Below the pieces are notes generated by a model, which saw only the letters and a list, made by a program, of their open reading frames with translations, ran no database searches and had not been told where the DNA came from. The translations under genes were made by a program, and so were the position numbers. From contig NC_042997.1 of assembly GCF_006345805.1 (NCBI RefSeq), positions 174,344,001 through 174,408,000 of the forward strand: a DNA stretch of 64,000 bases, given 5' to 3'. This document shows, one piece after another, positions 41,191 through 55,679 of the stretch (position 1 is the stretch's first letter; the number at the start of each line of letters is the position of its first letter). The stretch is from Octopus sinensis (lineage: Eukaryota).

Positions 41191-41959
41191 CTTCAGAACT
41201 GAAGCCCAAAGAATGAGCTGGAATTTGCTTGTTGATTCGATCCTCCACCACTGAATTCTTCAACGTCATTGTTTGACGCTCTCATCCATACATGCAAGAG
41301 GGATTTAACTTGAATTGAAGAGATGGATTAAAAACTCATTAATATTCAGTCCAGGACTGACAGATTATCTATTTGATCTTTGCAATTTCTTTTGAGCATT
41401 CATGACACAACTTAAGCTAAATTTTACGTTTTCTTATCAACAAGAAAAAGAATCATTTTGAATCCGTGGATATATGTAAAATTTTATTTATTCGAAATGG
41501 TAATTAGTTTCTTTAAAATGAAAAGACAACCAGGCTCTCATTCTAATTCCAAATGATAATTACATCAAATCTTCGTATCAGTCTATAGATATCTAAATCA
41601 GATTGAAAACTCGATGAATTTCAGGTGTTTTCGTGTTGTTGTTGATTTTTCGCGGTTTCTCACAACACTAACAGCATCAACAGCTTCAACAATAAATCAG
41701 CGGCAGCAGCAGCAGCAGCAACAACAACAACAACAGCGACCATATCCATCGTAAAGACAGTGGAAATGCAGTATTGCTTGTAATATTTAAGAGTCCATTT
41801 GAACTATTTGCAGACATTTTCTTTTTTAGTTAAAGAAGGCTGAAAAGCAGATATAATTCCCAATATATAATAAAGAAATTCGTGTGTCCTTGTTTGTGTG
41901 TGTACACATATATACATACACATATACATATACTTATGTATTTACATATATTATGTATG

Positions 41960-41989
41960 TATAGATAGATAACAGACAGACAGACAGAC

Positions 41990-42072
<83 letters not shown>
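41960..42072. repeat. (GACA)n/(GATA)n
   Basis: Direct reading. Confidence 0.95.
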
Positions 42073-42073
<1 letters not shown>

Positions 42074-42888
42074 CATATACATATTTATTTATGTGTGTAT
42101 GTGTAATGTTTCATATCGCCAGAATGTTACTACGTGAGATAATGGCCCCCTAGTCGGTACAGAACTAGATATAGTCAACTTAAGGTTAGTATGGCCCAAT
42201 ATGTATACTAGTTCAAATTCAGACACGGCGGCAGCAAAACTAAAGTTATACATCCCATGGAAACTCCCAGTAGATACTCTCCGAAAGTTTCCTTGCAATA
42301 GTGAGTGGAAATATTCTGTGACACAGTACAGCTAAGGCTGGTTTTGACGTCTGCTTCCGCAAAGTCTAAGGATGGATATCGCACTAAGATTTAAGTAAAC
42401 ATGCAAGTCACTAAAAAAAAAACCTAGTCTAAATGGACGGTAGACTAGATAGCACATGCAGCCACATCTCTTTCAAATAACAATACTACCTTAAGAAGGA
42501 AAGTTCTCATTGGATAATATAGTGCTAGATACATCATCTACGATAAAAATTCTCTTATAGCACTGATGTTGCCTGCGCTACATGTGATGCCCTCAAGACA
42601 GGAAATAAAAGTTGATTGTGAGTAAATATTTGTGACTTAGCTGGAGTTTTTTATTGCTTTTCCTTATTAAAATATATTGCGCAATGAAATTGGTTCATTC
42701 TTCTTGAATAACCCTGTATATACTTTTTGCATGTGCATATGTGTGTGAGAATTTGTGCCTGCAAGTGTGTAAGCGTGTATGTGGGCATATAAGTCCAAGA
42801 AATAGGACTTATGAAATGTCCTTACTAACATGTCCTTTTTCAAGATATGTATTTATGTATATATCCATAAAATATGCATGTGTATGAA

Positions 42889-43198
42889 GGCGCATGGCTC
42901 AGTGGTTAGAGCATAGAGCTTACGATCGTGAGGTTGTGAGTTCGATTCTCGGACCGGGCTGTGTGTTGTGTTCTTGAGCATGATACTTTATTTCCCGTAG
43001 CTCCAGTTAACTCAGCTGTAGAAATGAGTTGTGACATCACTGGTGCTAAGCTGTATCGACCTTTGCCTTTCCCTTGGATAACATCGATGATGTGGAGAGG
43101 GGAGGCTGGTATGCATGGGCGACTGCTAGCCTCCCACAAACAACCTTGCTCTGACTTATGCAATTCCATGGTCATTCATGACCGAAGGAGGGGTCTTC
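42889..43198 (+). mobile_element. tRNA-derived SINE family A (core 1, tail beta)
   Basis: Matches the reverse complement of 35215-35547. Confidence 0.85.
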
Positions 43199-44385
43199 TC
43201 TTCCTCCTCCTCCTATGTATGTGTATATGTATTTCAACTATGTGAACACACATGCTTGTATATTTATTTATATTATAAGTTCTATGTGTGTATACATCCG
43301 TATGTGTGTGTGTGTGTGTACATTAGTAGCGAAATATATTTAGGGAACAACACTGCATAGGGGGATGAATTACATGTTCCGATAACAGTGTGTAGTTAAT
43401 ACGACACCAATAGTTTTTCATACGAATATGTTAGCAGTTATGCAATCATATATTCAATAACGCTTCGGTCACATTGTGAGACGCGTGTATCTAGATTTGT
43501 TTTATCAAAACAGCTGAGCTGTAATGCACATTCAGAGTTTTATTAGTTAATTGGCCAATATATTAGCATGAAACCTTTGGTATCACTTTAACAGCACGCT
43601 ACTATTAATATATACGTGTGCATATTCGAACTTGTGCATATTTGTACATGTGTGCATATCTGTGCGTGTGAGCTTGCGTGCGTGTGTGAGAGTATGTGTG
43701 TGCGTATGTGTGTCTGTGTGTATGTGTGCGTGTGTGGGGGAGTACATCGGTGTGTAGGTACATTTGTATGGGAGTCTGTGAACATGTGCGTGTGTGTGTG
43801 TAAGTTAGGTGCTACCGTTTCGGTTGTTAGATTCTTATCTCTGAGACGAAGTAGAAATGAACGTCAGTCGAAAGATACGTTGCTATACTCCGAATAGTAT
43901 GGTTTGAAAAATTAGCTTAATGCTAATATTCACCATATAAAATGGAGAATGTGTAACAATGGAGAATGTGTAACAACACTAAACGGAGTAGCAGACACTT
44001 TGAAGAAAATTTGAGAATGGGAAACGATATTTAGTATTCATTAGTGTCTACCAATGAACTATCCAACGGTATCAAATCATATTTTCTGCTCAAACTAAAT
44101 CTTCTCCAAACAGAATTACAATGGCGTCTTGACACCGTTCTTCTTCTTGGGTTATTATATTTTATTTCCAAGATTAGAATTTGGTTGTTGTTACTGGATG
44201 TAGGGCCGGACCAATGGAAACTTTATTGGGTTTGAACCTCCTTTTTTTGTCTTATTGAGGAAACGAATCATTTCCACAGAGAGCACATAAGACCACCACT
44301 GTATTGTTCTTTCAATGTCATATATATACATATGTGTGTGTAGATCTCTCTCTCTCTCTCTCTTATATATATATATATATATATG

Positions 44386-44435
<50 letters not shown>

Positions 44436-44600
44436 TATATATCTATATATATATATATATATATAATGCATATATATATATATAAATATCTATATGTCAT
44501 ATATGTGTGTAATATGTATTTCTCTATGTTTATAATATATATATATATATATATAATATATATATATTATATATATATATATACATGTTATATGTATATG

Positions 44601-44697
<97 letters not shown>

Positions 44698-45613
44698 ATG
44701 CTATATAATATATATAATATATATATGCATATATGTGTGTATATATGTATTTCTCTATGTTTTATATATAGATATATATATATATTATATATATATATAT
44801 ATTATATATATACATGTATATGTATAGTATATGTATATGTATATATTATATATATATATATATAATATATATATATAAATGCGTATATATATATGAATAT
44901 ACATATACATACGTGTGTATGTGTATATACACACATATACAGTGAGAGATATATGTTCTTGTATACGTACGTGTATTTATGCCTGTCCGTACATACCAAC
45001 GCATGTACGTATACATACATACATTCATATATATATATATATATATATCCATTTATACACACACATATATATATATGTATGTATGTATGTATTTATGTAT
45101 GTATGTATGTATGCATGTATTTATGTATGTATGTATGTATGTACGTATGTATGTATATAGCCACTGGACACATCTATATACTGGAAAGTCATATACATTT
45201 GGGTTTTAATGATGTGGTAGTGCTGGCTGTTACATATAGATGGCGGTGGTAGTGAGTCCAGTGGGGAAGATGGTAATCGTGATAATGGTTGTTGTTGCTG
45301 TTGTTGTTGTTGTTCTGTGGCTAACGGTGTTTGGCAGTGGTGTTGGTGGCGCGATATTTTTCAGAGATAGAATATGATAAATGCAATCGAATGCATTCTT
45401 ATATCCATCCTAGCAGAAACGTACGGTTGATTGCACAATGTTACGAGCCAAAGTGGACGTCGACGACCTCACGCCTCAATGATTCCATGTTCGAATCAAG
45501 GAGGCAACGATCTGGGGGTCAACGACCAATTGTCGACTCAGCAGCACAGCTCCGATATCACTTTACACACGGGCACCCGTATACGTACATACATAGATAC
45601 ATACACACCTACG

Positions 45614-45662
<49 letters not shown>

Positions 45663-45871
45663 TTATATATATATATATGTACAACCTTGCTTACATATAT
45701 ACATACAAACCTATATGCATACAAACATACGTACATACATATATGCATATGTACACATACGTACATGCATAAATACATTCATTCAAGCATACATACATTT
45801 CACTTACGTACGTACATACAGACGTACGTACATAAACATGCGTACATACATTCATATATTCTTAACGACCT

Positions 45872-45903
<32 letters not shown>

Positions 45904-46351
45904 ATATATATATATATATAATATATATATATATATAATATATAGATATATGTGTGTATGTATGTATGTATGTATGTATGTATGTATGTATGTATGTATG
46001 TATGTATGTATGTATGTGCATCTATTTATATATACATAGACACACAGCTTCTGCATGCATATATAAATTCGTACGTATAAACAAACATACTTAAATTCAA
46101 TCACACATGCAGCTCTTTCTTTGTGTATTTATACATACATACGTAGACACATATATACATACACAAATTCATTCAAACATGCATAGATCCATACATACAT
46201 ATTCGCACATGCATATACATATACATATACATATACATGTATTAAATATATACATGCATATATGTATACATATATACATACACAGACACACAAAAACACA
46301 CACATATATATATATAGATGAGTATAATATATATATTATATATATATAGAT

Positions 46352-46392
<41 letters not shown>

Positions 46393-46487
46393 GAATAGAT
46401 AGATAGATAGATAGATATACTGCTATTTTCCAGTAAATATTGATGCATTATTGTACCACTATTCTATTCTATTCTACACACACACAC

Positions 46488-46532
<45 letters not shown>

Positions 46533-47189
46533 TTACATACATTCATACACATACATTCATACACATCGTAGCATTTTCGCGACTGACGCCAGTCATGACG
46601 GTTGCAGCGACAATATTAAACCTTACCAAATATATCCACATCCAAACACATACACAAGTACATACTAAGACACACATACACAAGTACATACTAAGACACA
46701 CATACATACGTGAACACACACACACACACATACAGACATTTAGACGTACGAACAGACAGACTCAACACTCACACATTCACACCAGAAATCCCCTCACACA
46801 CATGTACATAGACATAAATACACACACACATATATGCACACACACACTGGAACGAGTCACACACAACACACACACCACACTGAGTGAGTCATACATGCCG
46901 ACACACTGAACGAGTCACAGATACACACAGACTCTGAGTGAGTCACACACACATACACACACGTACAGATACATACGCGCTTGCGCACTGTACGAGTTAT
47001 TTCGCTTATAATCACAATAAGAACATTTTCTATCTTTCACTCTTTGCAGCCTTTTTTTTTCTCAGTCTCTGACACACTCACACACACTCTCTTTCTCTCT
47101 CTTATTTCACATAGATACACGCACATACGCACACACAAACACACATACACACAGATACACACACAGACACACACAATTCTCTCTCTCTC

Positions 47190-47227
<38 letters not shown>

Positions 47228-47519
47228 GGTTAGAGAAGGAGCATCCGTGTTTTATTTACGACTGTCTATCTCCCATATTCCTTACAACAGCCTATCTGTA
47301 CTGTTCACATGAAATGAACTCTCCCTGACGAAATAATTCTGCTATGATATACGGAAACCTCACAACAGTAAAGTATTGGTCATCATGTCAACGTTGATTC
47401 ATCATTATAGAAGTTACACAGATTCGTAAAGATATTTGTATAGTTTTGCTTTCATCTTATTTTTATATACAGAGTAGTCAATGCAAGCAAGTATGTAGTC
47501 TGACTTCGTAGCCTTTACC

Positions 47520-48210
47520 TAGTGTTTCAGCCACTGGACTGCAGTGAAGAGTTTAGTCGAATATATCGACCCCAAAGGCGGCGAGCTGGCAGAAACATTT
47601 AGCACACCGGGCGAAATGCGTAGCCGTATTTCGTCTGGGTTCAAATTCCGTCGAGGTCGACTTTGCCTTTCATCCTTTTGGGGTCGATAAATTAAGTACC
47701 AGTTACGCACTTGGTCAATATAATCAACTTAATCCGTTTGTCTGTTCTTGTTTGTCTCCTCTATGTTTAGCTCCTTGTGGGCAATAAAGAAATAAGAAAC
47801 GTTAGTACGCCTGGCGAAAGGCTTAGCCATATCTCATCCGCCGTTACGTTCTGAGTTCAAATTCTGCGGAGGTCGACTTTGCCTTTTATCCTTTCGGTGT
47901 CAATAAATTAAGTACCAGTTGCGTACTGGAGTCGATCTAATCGACTGGCCCTTTTCCCCAAAATTTCGGTCCTTGCGCTTGGAGTAGAAAAGAATATATC
48001 AACGCTAGTATTTATATTTTTTAAACTGAATATTGTTTGGGTGGAAGCAAGTTCACAACATCGAATACAGAAATTGAATGGTACTTTATTTTATCGAACC
48101 CGGAAGGTTGGCAGTCAAAGTTGATATCAGCAGAAAATGAGCAGCAGAAGCTTAAATAACTGGAACAAGTTCCACAAACCATTTCGTCCGCTGTTCTAAC
48201 GATTCAGCCA
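47520..48210. mobile_element. Cluster of family C SINEs: two tandem plus-strand copies (about 47575-47800 and 47800-47993) and a minus-strand relic (48070-48210)
   Basis: gaggtcgactttgcctttcatccttttggggtcgataaattaagtaccag, which resembles the Nin/Deu SINE core. Confidence 0.8.
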
Positions 48211-48404
48211 CGTGTGAGTGTGTGTGTGATTGTGGTGTGTGTGTGTGTGTGTGTGTATGTGTGTGTGTGTGTGTGTGCTTGAGTGTGTGTGTGTGCTTGA
48301 GTGTGTGTGTGTGTGGGGGTGATGTGTGTGTTTTCATTTATATAATATATATATACATCAACATATATATTATACATATATTATATACATTCATATATGT
48401 TTTT

Positions 48405-48545
48405 TTATTTGTTTCAGTCATGTCTGCGGCCATGCTGGAGCACCGCCTTTAGTCGAACAAATCGACCCTAGGACTTATTCTTTGTAAACCTAGTACTTAA
48501 GGTCTCTATCGGTCTCTTTTGCCGAACCACTAAATTACGGGGATA
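48405..48545 (-). mobile_element. SINE family B, 3' half
   Basis: ttgtttcagtcat..cggccatgctggagcaccgcctttagtcg. Confidence 0.8.
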
Positions 48546-48549
48546 CGTC

Positions 48550-48845
48550 CTGTTACACAAATGATTTGGGGGCACCAGCTCAGACTGTTTGGCCATATTA
48601 TTCGATTTTTCGAGCTAGACCCTATCTACCGTGTTCTCTTCAGTGAGGATCCGGCTGGGGTGACGGCTCGCGTTGGTCAACCACATACCACATGGTCACG
48701 GCAGATGAGGAGCTAATTCGAAGGGACGGCGACTGACTGGGACTCTGCACGATGGATCGCCCGGGGAAACCAGGGAATATATCCACAAATGGTGAATGCA
48801 GCCACGTTTTGCAACGGCGTATGCTTCCACACCTGACCTGATTAG
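48550..48845 (+). mobile_element. RTE-clade LINE 3' end
   Basis: HQLRLFGHIIRF.ELDPIYRVL..EDPAG..VNAATFCNGVCFHT* followed by acctgacctga. Confidence 0.7.
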
Positions 48846-49399
48846 ATCAACACGCTATTATAGTAAAAGTCACCTTCCTAGAGTTAGCTGCATTGCAATC
48901 AAAAATTCTAACATGACCATGCTTGCTGAAATATGTTGTTTAGAGAACAAACTAATGGTTTTAATACATTAATACATTGGTTTAGATATAATTATTTCTC
49001 ATTTTCGACAAAGTCTTTATTTGGGACGTTTGTGCCTATCCCGATGGAAGCTGAGAACTTGTAGAAGAATATTCGAAACAAAAACTTCAAATTCCTTGAA
49101 ATAGATCACTGTACTTCTTTTATTTACGATAACGTCCATCCTCTAAGTTACAAAATGCTTCTATGTTAGGAGAATACAGAAAGCAGAAAAATACAACTTC
49201 CAAGCGTTTTCTAGTGGACGAGAACTGACGAAAAATTTAAACTGCGTCTCCATCTCGTCTTGCAGCCATTTATAAGTACTTCGAAATTATTGGCTTCTAA
49301 CATTAAACACTGAATGTAAAAGGACGGGACTACAAAGGACAAACAGCACTGAAATTATCAATTCTTTGCATGATACAAGGCCTAATATCTAAGAGAAGA

Positions 49400-49580
49400 A
49401 TATAGTTGATTATAACGATTATAAAAAGTGACTGGTACTCATTTTGTCAACCCTGAAAAGACGAAAAAGAAATTCAACTGAGGTGAAATTTGAACTCATA
49501 ATGTAAAGGATCGTAACTAAATACCTCATCGTATGTATTCTGGCAATGTACAGCCTCTATTACCATTTGCCACCGGCCTC
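49400..49580 (-). mobile_element. SINE family C relic
   Basis: Reverse-strand ttatgagttcaaattt..tttcagggttgacaaaatgagtaccag. Confidence 0.55.
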
Positions 49581-50368
49581 TAGCTTTATGCTATTGAATA
49601 AGCTTTCTTTGAGTTTTAGAAGATTAGGCTTTCGTGCGGTATAAATCTTCATTTATTTAAAGTCAGACTTATTTTTGTTGTGATGCTATAAGTTAATACA
49701 AGATGGAGTCAAAATTCTGATGCTTCCATTCAAATAATATTCTTTGACTCCAGAATGATTTGATTTAGATGTAACCCGATGCTTAACAGACTGATGCTGT
49801 TCGACTCATCTCACGTGATAAAATCCAAAGCCACCATATTTTGTTTGAATATACTTTATAAATCATCTCGTATTTATCCCTGCTCCCTTTGAGTGGATTC
49901 GATCTTTGCAATATTAATTCGCTCAGTTTGCAGTCAGTTAGTCGCTTTACAACCGATTTACTGCTTCCATTTCTAACTGTAATGTGGCCAGACTGATGGT
50001 TAGGCGAAAAGATTTTCAGTTTCTCTCACAACCAGCCATATAGATGGCAGACTAAACGGCAGACAAGATAAAAATATTCGAATGGAGGATCAGAGATTGT
50101 AACTTTATTATAGTTGCTCTTGTTCTTTAAGCTCAGGTCAAAGCTGACCGAGTAGTCCCATAATCAAAATCGTTCAGACTGTGACGATCCCGCCTTTTAT
50201 GTTCCACTCTACAAATGTTATTGAACACTTTACTATAAATTGTGAGTTTTTAAAACAGTCGTCTACTGGATTTATCAACACACTCACACACAGATGTTTG
50301 TGATTGTGTACTTATATGTATATATGTGTGTGTATTCTTATACATACATACATACATACATACATACA

Positions 50369-50401
<33 letters not shown>

Positions 50402-51311
50402 GCATATATATGTGTATGTGTGTGAATATATATGTATGTGTGTGAAAATATATATACATGTGTGAATATATATGTACATGTGAATATATATGTACACGGA
50501 AGTTTCTCATGAACATCGCTATTTTTAAAGAATCTATTACATTTCTCACGGAGATCAGATACAACCCAGGATTAACCATGATGACAAATATCTCAAGTCC
50601 TAGATTTATTTATTTATATATTTTTCCTAGAAAGCATGCCGTCTGTATTCTTTTAATTTCAAAATGTCTTCACTGCCTAATAACTTAACTTACAAATTTC
50701 TATATACTTTCTGGCGTACAGGCGGTGTCGCTGATCTTACTTTGCTATCGTCATGATTCCTATCATCTCAAAAATGAGCAATGCAGTTTACTGTTTATCC
50801 TCCACAGCCTGTTTCCCCTTTCTGTGACCACCACTACGGCTTCTATAGAATCAGATCCACCTGAGACTTGAACATCTATGTTACATATCTGTGGTCACCT
50901 CTTTTACACCGAAGCCTAACCTGAACACTATTAGGACAGATAATGATTTTTTTTTAGAATTATTGGTGCCTTACTGGTGGTCGTATTTTGGCGCTATTAT
51001 TTACCACACATTGACTCTATACATTTAAGCCAATACTGTGAGTGCATATAATCCCTAATAGTCACGCTGTGTAAAACAAAAATTATATGGATCCAGAACC
51101 ATACATCATTAGATATTTCAACCACAAGAAACTTGTTACCTTAACTAACAGAGATTCAGCAATAACAAAATCTAACAAATGTTTTATTTACATTTTATTC
51201 ACGCATTAAAATAGTTGTTTACGGAATAGATGTCACAATCTTACTGATATTAATTGGAATCACCATGAAGACTAAATTGTAGAAGCATAAAGCATATACC
51301 TTGCAAAATAC

Positions 51312-51545
51312 CTATTTCTTTACTACCCACAAGGGGATAAACACAGAGGGGGACAAACAAGGACAGACAAACGGATTAAGTCGATTACATCGATCCCAGT
51401 GCGTAAATGGTACTTAATTTATCGACCCCGAAAGGATGAAAGGCAAAGTCGACCTCGGCGGAATTCGAACTGAGAACGTAACGACAGACGAAATACGGCT
51501 GCACGTTTCGCCCGGCGTGCTAACGCTTCTGCCAGTTCGGCCGCC
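51312..51545 (-). mobile_element. SINE family C, well preserved
   Basis: ggcggccgaactggcagaa..gttcgaattccgccgaggtcgactttgcctttcatcctttcggggtcgataaattaagtacc. Confidence 0.85.
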
Positions 51546-52149
51546 TTATACCTTGCAAAATACCGTGAAGTCAATGAATGAACTGATGCTCTAGAAGTAC
51601 ACTTAGCCGTTACCCCTGTCTGGTTTTAGAGTTTGAATCAATATCTGAATGGTTGAATAATTTAAATAATATAATAAAACCTCAAGTGTCGTATTTCCTA
51701 ATCAAAAGGGAACGTTTAATCGCCGAATGAGTCGCGAGGTGATATATGCCAATCGACAATGTCATAATGTCGAGAATTCATGTGACGGATGACCCAACTT
51801 GAATGAATATTCCGATTGAAGGAACATCCGAACAAAACGAACGAGACTTTTAAACGCAAGCGTAGATATCACACATGATAGAGACATCTGAATTTTCCCA
51901 ATATGATTCTCATTAGCCTTCTTTAAACATTATAATATATAGATAATATATTTGTTTTAAAAAGAATGTTTTAGATATGTGTTTGTGAGTTATATAATTG
52001 TGTATGTATGCATACGTGTGTGTGTGTGTGTGTGTGAATAATTAAGCATATGCAGCTATTGCCTCACAATCAGGAAGTAAGGCAACTGCATATGTATATG
52101 TGTGTATACATATATATGCGAGGATGTACACACACACACACATATATAT

Positions 52150-53215
52150 ATTTATTATAATTCGTTATATAATTCATATATAAATATATATATATATTAA
52201 AATTAATCAAAGGACATACTAAGTATGTCTACTTGCTTGAGATAACAGACAAAACTCTTATTAAATCGCCAAAAATACGCTGATGAAAACTACAGAAATC
52301 AAACGAAGGCAAAATCAGATTAAGACAATCTACTAACATACATTTAAGTATCTGGACCCACGTGAACCGGTTTCTGCACTGGCAAAATACGCCTTACCTT
52401 CTTCAGCACGCGTTACCATGATTAGAGATTCCTAACCCATCGCTCTGAAGTCTGTGCTGCAATTGATTCGTTTCGCGCCGAAATCCCAGCAGCCATCTGC
52501 GTAAAATAATCTCGATATAATTTACGAGAAAAATAATTCAATAAAATTAATTTATATATATATAAAGGGGTTTGTATGACTGTGTATAGAGGGATATATT
52601 GTTCAAAGGAATTCCAAATCTGTCTGTTTTTTATGTTTTATTTATATTCTTTATAATATTAATGTAGAATATAGAATATATAGTATATATAGTAAAATGA
52701 AATGAAGTATTGATTGTCTTATTGAATACATGAAATATTGAATATCAAATATTAAGGGACTAGTATACTTTCTTGTATTTAAGCAGTATTCAAGGTCCCA
52801 GGTTGTGACAGGAATGTTTCAACTCTAGTTGACTGGTTGACTTTTGTCCTTTATATACGTTCCTGTGGGCAGCAGTAGTAGTTGTTTGGCTATTTTTAGA
52901 GAGGATGCCAAACCATTTTTCAATGTTTATTTTTAGCAATGATGACAGCAGTACTTTTAGTGATTTTTTTAATGTTTTAATTATAGGGATAAGATTTTTA
53001 AACCCCAAATAAGATTAATTTAATCATTGTAGGTTAAGCTTGGGTTTGAATTTCTTAATAAAGTCCTTTTCTCTCTGTTTTCTCTCAATTTCATTCAGGT
53101 TGTAAAGTTTATGAAATGGGAATATCATAAAAGTTTTCCGATCAAATATTGCTAGATGGTTACTCAGTGGTATTTGGCGGACTTCTGGGTTTTTAATTTG
53201 TTGTCGATGCACAAG
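52150..53215 (-). mobile_element. Penelope-like element 3' end (GIY-YIG C-terminus plus pLTR)
   Basis: VHRQQI..RQIPLSNH..IFPFHKL..REKDFIKKFKPKLN* with a hammerhead about 600 nt downstream on the same strand. The left boundary is approximate. Confidence 0.7.
52359..52412 (-). ncRNA. Type I hammerhead motif
   Basis: cgcgtg-CTGAAGA-ag..ggc-gtatttt-gcc..c-a-GAAAC-cg-GTT-cacgtg. Stem I is 6 bp; the outer stem II is eroded. Confidence 0.65.
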
Positions 53216-53221
53216 CTCGCG

Positions 53222-53850
53222 TGTGCATCGACATAAGCAAACTTAACCACAAGTCTCTGTGCATCGATCATAAGCAAACTTAACCACAAAGTCTCTGGCT
53301 CCAACTTGAGGGAACCTTGGTCTGGAAGTTGGTTTCCATCAGGCTTTCGACCAAACTGGCGTATTTTTTAGTATTTAACACATGTGCTTCTTTTCTGATT
53401 TCAAATAGTACGATTAGTTCAAGCAAAAGTCCTTGCTTTCATGAACTGGTATAGTGTACGATATCCGACCTCAAGACACTCTTACTGATGATTTGTGGTT
53501 GCTTTGTCGATTCTGGGAGGTCAGCTGAATACTCCCAGCCATCGGCATCACACAGAAGACGCCACAGCCGTGCTTCGAATGGCATAAAAAATTTGTAAGT
53601 TCCTGGCCATGATTTGTTGCCTCCTACCCATGTAGAATATTGTTGGAGATTTTGGTAACATGGATTTTACTTTTGTCATACATATCACGTGTATGATCTT
53701 CGTAATGACTTAATTTAGTCTCCACATTCACCCCACACAACAGTCGCTGCAACACAGGGGCTCCTGTTTATGAGGCTGAAGTCACATAGAGGGGTGTGCA
53801 TAGTCCATATGGTCTAAAATCGGTATGTTTAAGAGAAGGCCATAATCTTC
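53222..53850 (-). mobile_element. HERO/NeSL-like RLE retrotransposon 3' fragment
   Basis: LL.DADGWEYSADLP..LRSDIV..LLLEL..KKYASLVE..P.VGARDFV after frame correction. Confidence 0.6.
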
Positions 53851-53925
53851 ATTATCAGTATGAGGCTATGAAAGAAATGCAAGCCATGGTCTGGCATGAG
53901 TATCGATATTTCGAAATATATAAAG

Positions 53926-53957
<32 letters not shown>

Positions 53958-53966
53958 TGTGTGTGT

Positions 53967-54004
<38 letters not shown>

Positions 54005-54702
54005 TGTGTGTGCGAGTGAATATAAGGTGTTATCATCCAAGTCGTGTCTTCAAGAAGTATGTCTGCATGTTCACATTGGATTCATTTATGTATATCGGTA
54101 TTTCATTTTAAATGTAATATAAATAGCAATTGAAGTTTTTGATGAATTCCCTTTGCAGGTTAGTTACACATCGAATCAAAAGACTGGTGAAATTCGGCTT
54201 ATTTTTAATTCTATGTTACACTTGTTTTATCACACATATATATATGAGAAAAATATACATGTATACAATCTGTTATCCTTAATTCATCAGACAGAGGTTC
54301 AAAACTGATAAAAATCTGCATTTGGATTCTGTTGTTATTGTAAAGCATTTTCTAGATAATACATCAATATATATACTACATTATATGTAAATATATGCGC
54401 CAGAAGAATTTTGATACATCGAGACAATGTGTAATAATAACCGTTTAGAACAGTAAAACTTGAATCACATGAATAGATCGTAAATATTGGGTATGTGTTT
54501 TTCTAAGTAAAATGTTATTCAGTCCCATATTTATACATTAGTATTTATAGCTTTATCTGCTTCGGGTGTCGGCGTCCCAAAAAAGTATTATTTCATGTTG
54601 TTTCAAACTATGTAAATTCTTCTGACGTCATCTATATATATGGGTATATGTGTTTACATTTGTATGTATATATGTATATATATACATACATATATATATA
54701 TA

Positions 54703-54752
<50 letters not shown>

Positions 54753-55341
54753 TGTGGTGTGTGTGTGTGTGTGTGTGTATGTGTGTGTGTGCGTGTGTGT
54801 GTGTGTATAAACGGTGGTACACATGTACTTAGACACATATATACTTATGTCACCGTTTGAATATACATGTGAATATACATGTGGCTTTATGTCTGTGAAT
54901 GCGTGTAGCATGTCCAATACAGTAAAGTATGTGGTGGTTTGGACTGAGAGACGTAATTCTATCCCCCAATACTACATACATACATACATATATACATACA
55001 TACATACATGCATTCATACATACATACATACATACATACATACATACATACATACATACATACATAGATATATATATATATAAACCTATGTCACTGTTTC
55101 ATCTTAGCATTTATTTTTACTGTCGAAGGGTTCTTGATCGCTGAACAAGATCAAAGATTTCCTACTACAGAGACTGGCAAAATATAATGAAGCAGAACTT
55201 AAAAGGCAACTGCAGATTATCCAGTAACTGTGAAGAGGCGATCGATCACATTATTTTTTGTAACTGTCCAGGTTTCGATATCAAGGCGTATATGTATATG
55301 TATATGCATATGTATATGTATATATATATATATATATGTAT

Positions 55342-55385
<44 letters not shown>

Positions 55386-55484
55386 GTAAATATACGCTTG
55401 TATATATTTATGCATATATATGTGTGTGTAAGCTTATTTATGTAACTATATTTATGTCTATAAATAAACACATATCCATATGTA

Positions 55485-55532
<48 letters not shown>

Positions 55533-55630
55533 GTGTGTGTGGTGTGTGTGTGCGTGTGTATGTGTTATATATTATTATATTATTTATTATACATATATAT
55601 ATATATATACATATATATATACTTATACAC

Positions 55631-55679
<49 letters not shown>

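Noticed and set aside
46850-46960. Repeated gagtca (AP-1-like) motifs
   Set aside because: Part of a short CA-rich minisatellite; no evidence of regulatory function
47326-47375. CUGACGA..GAAAC..GUA spacing
   Set aside because: Stems I and II cannot be formed
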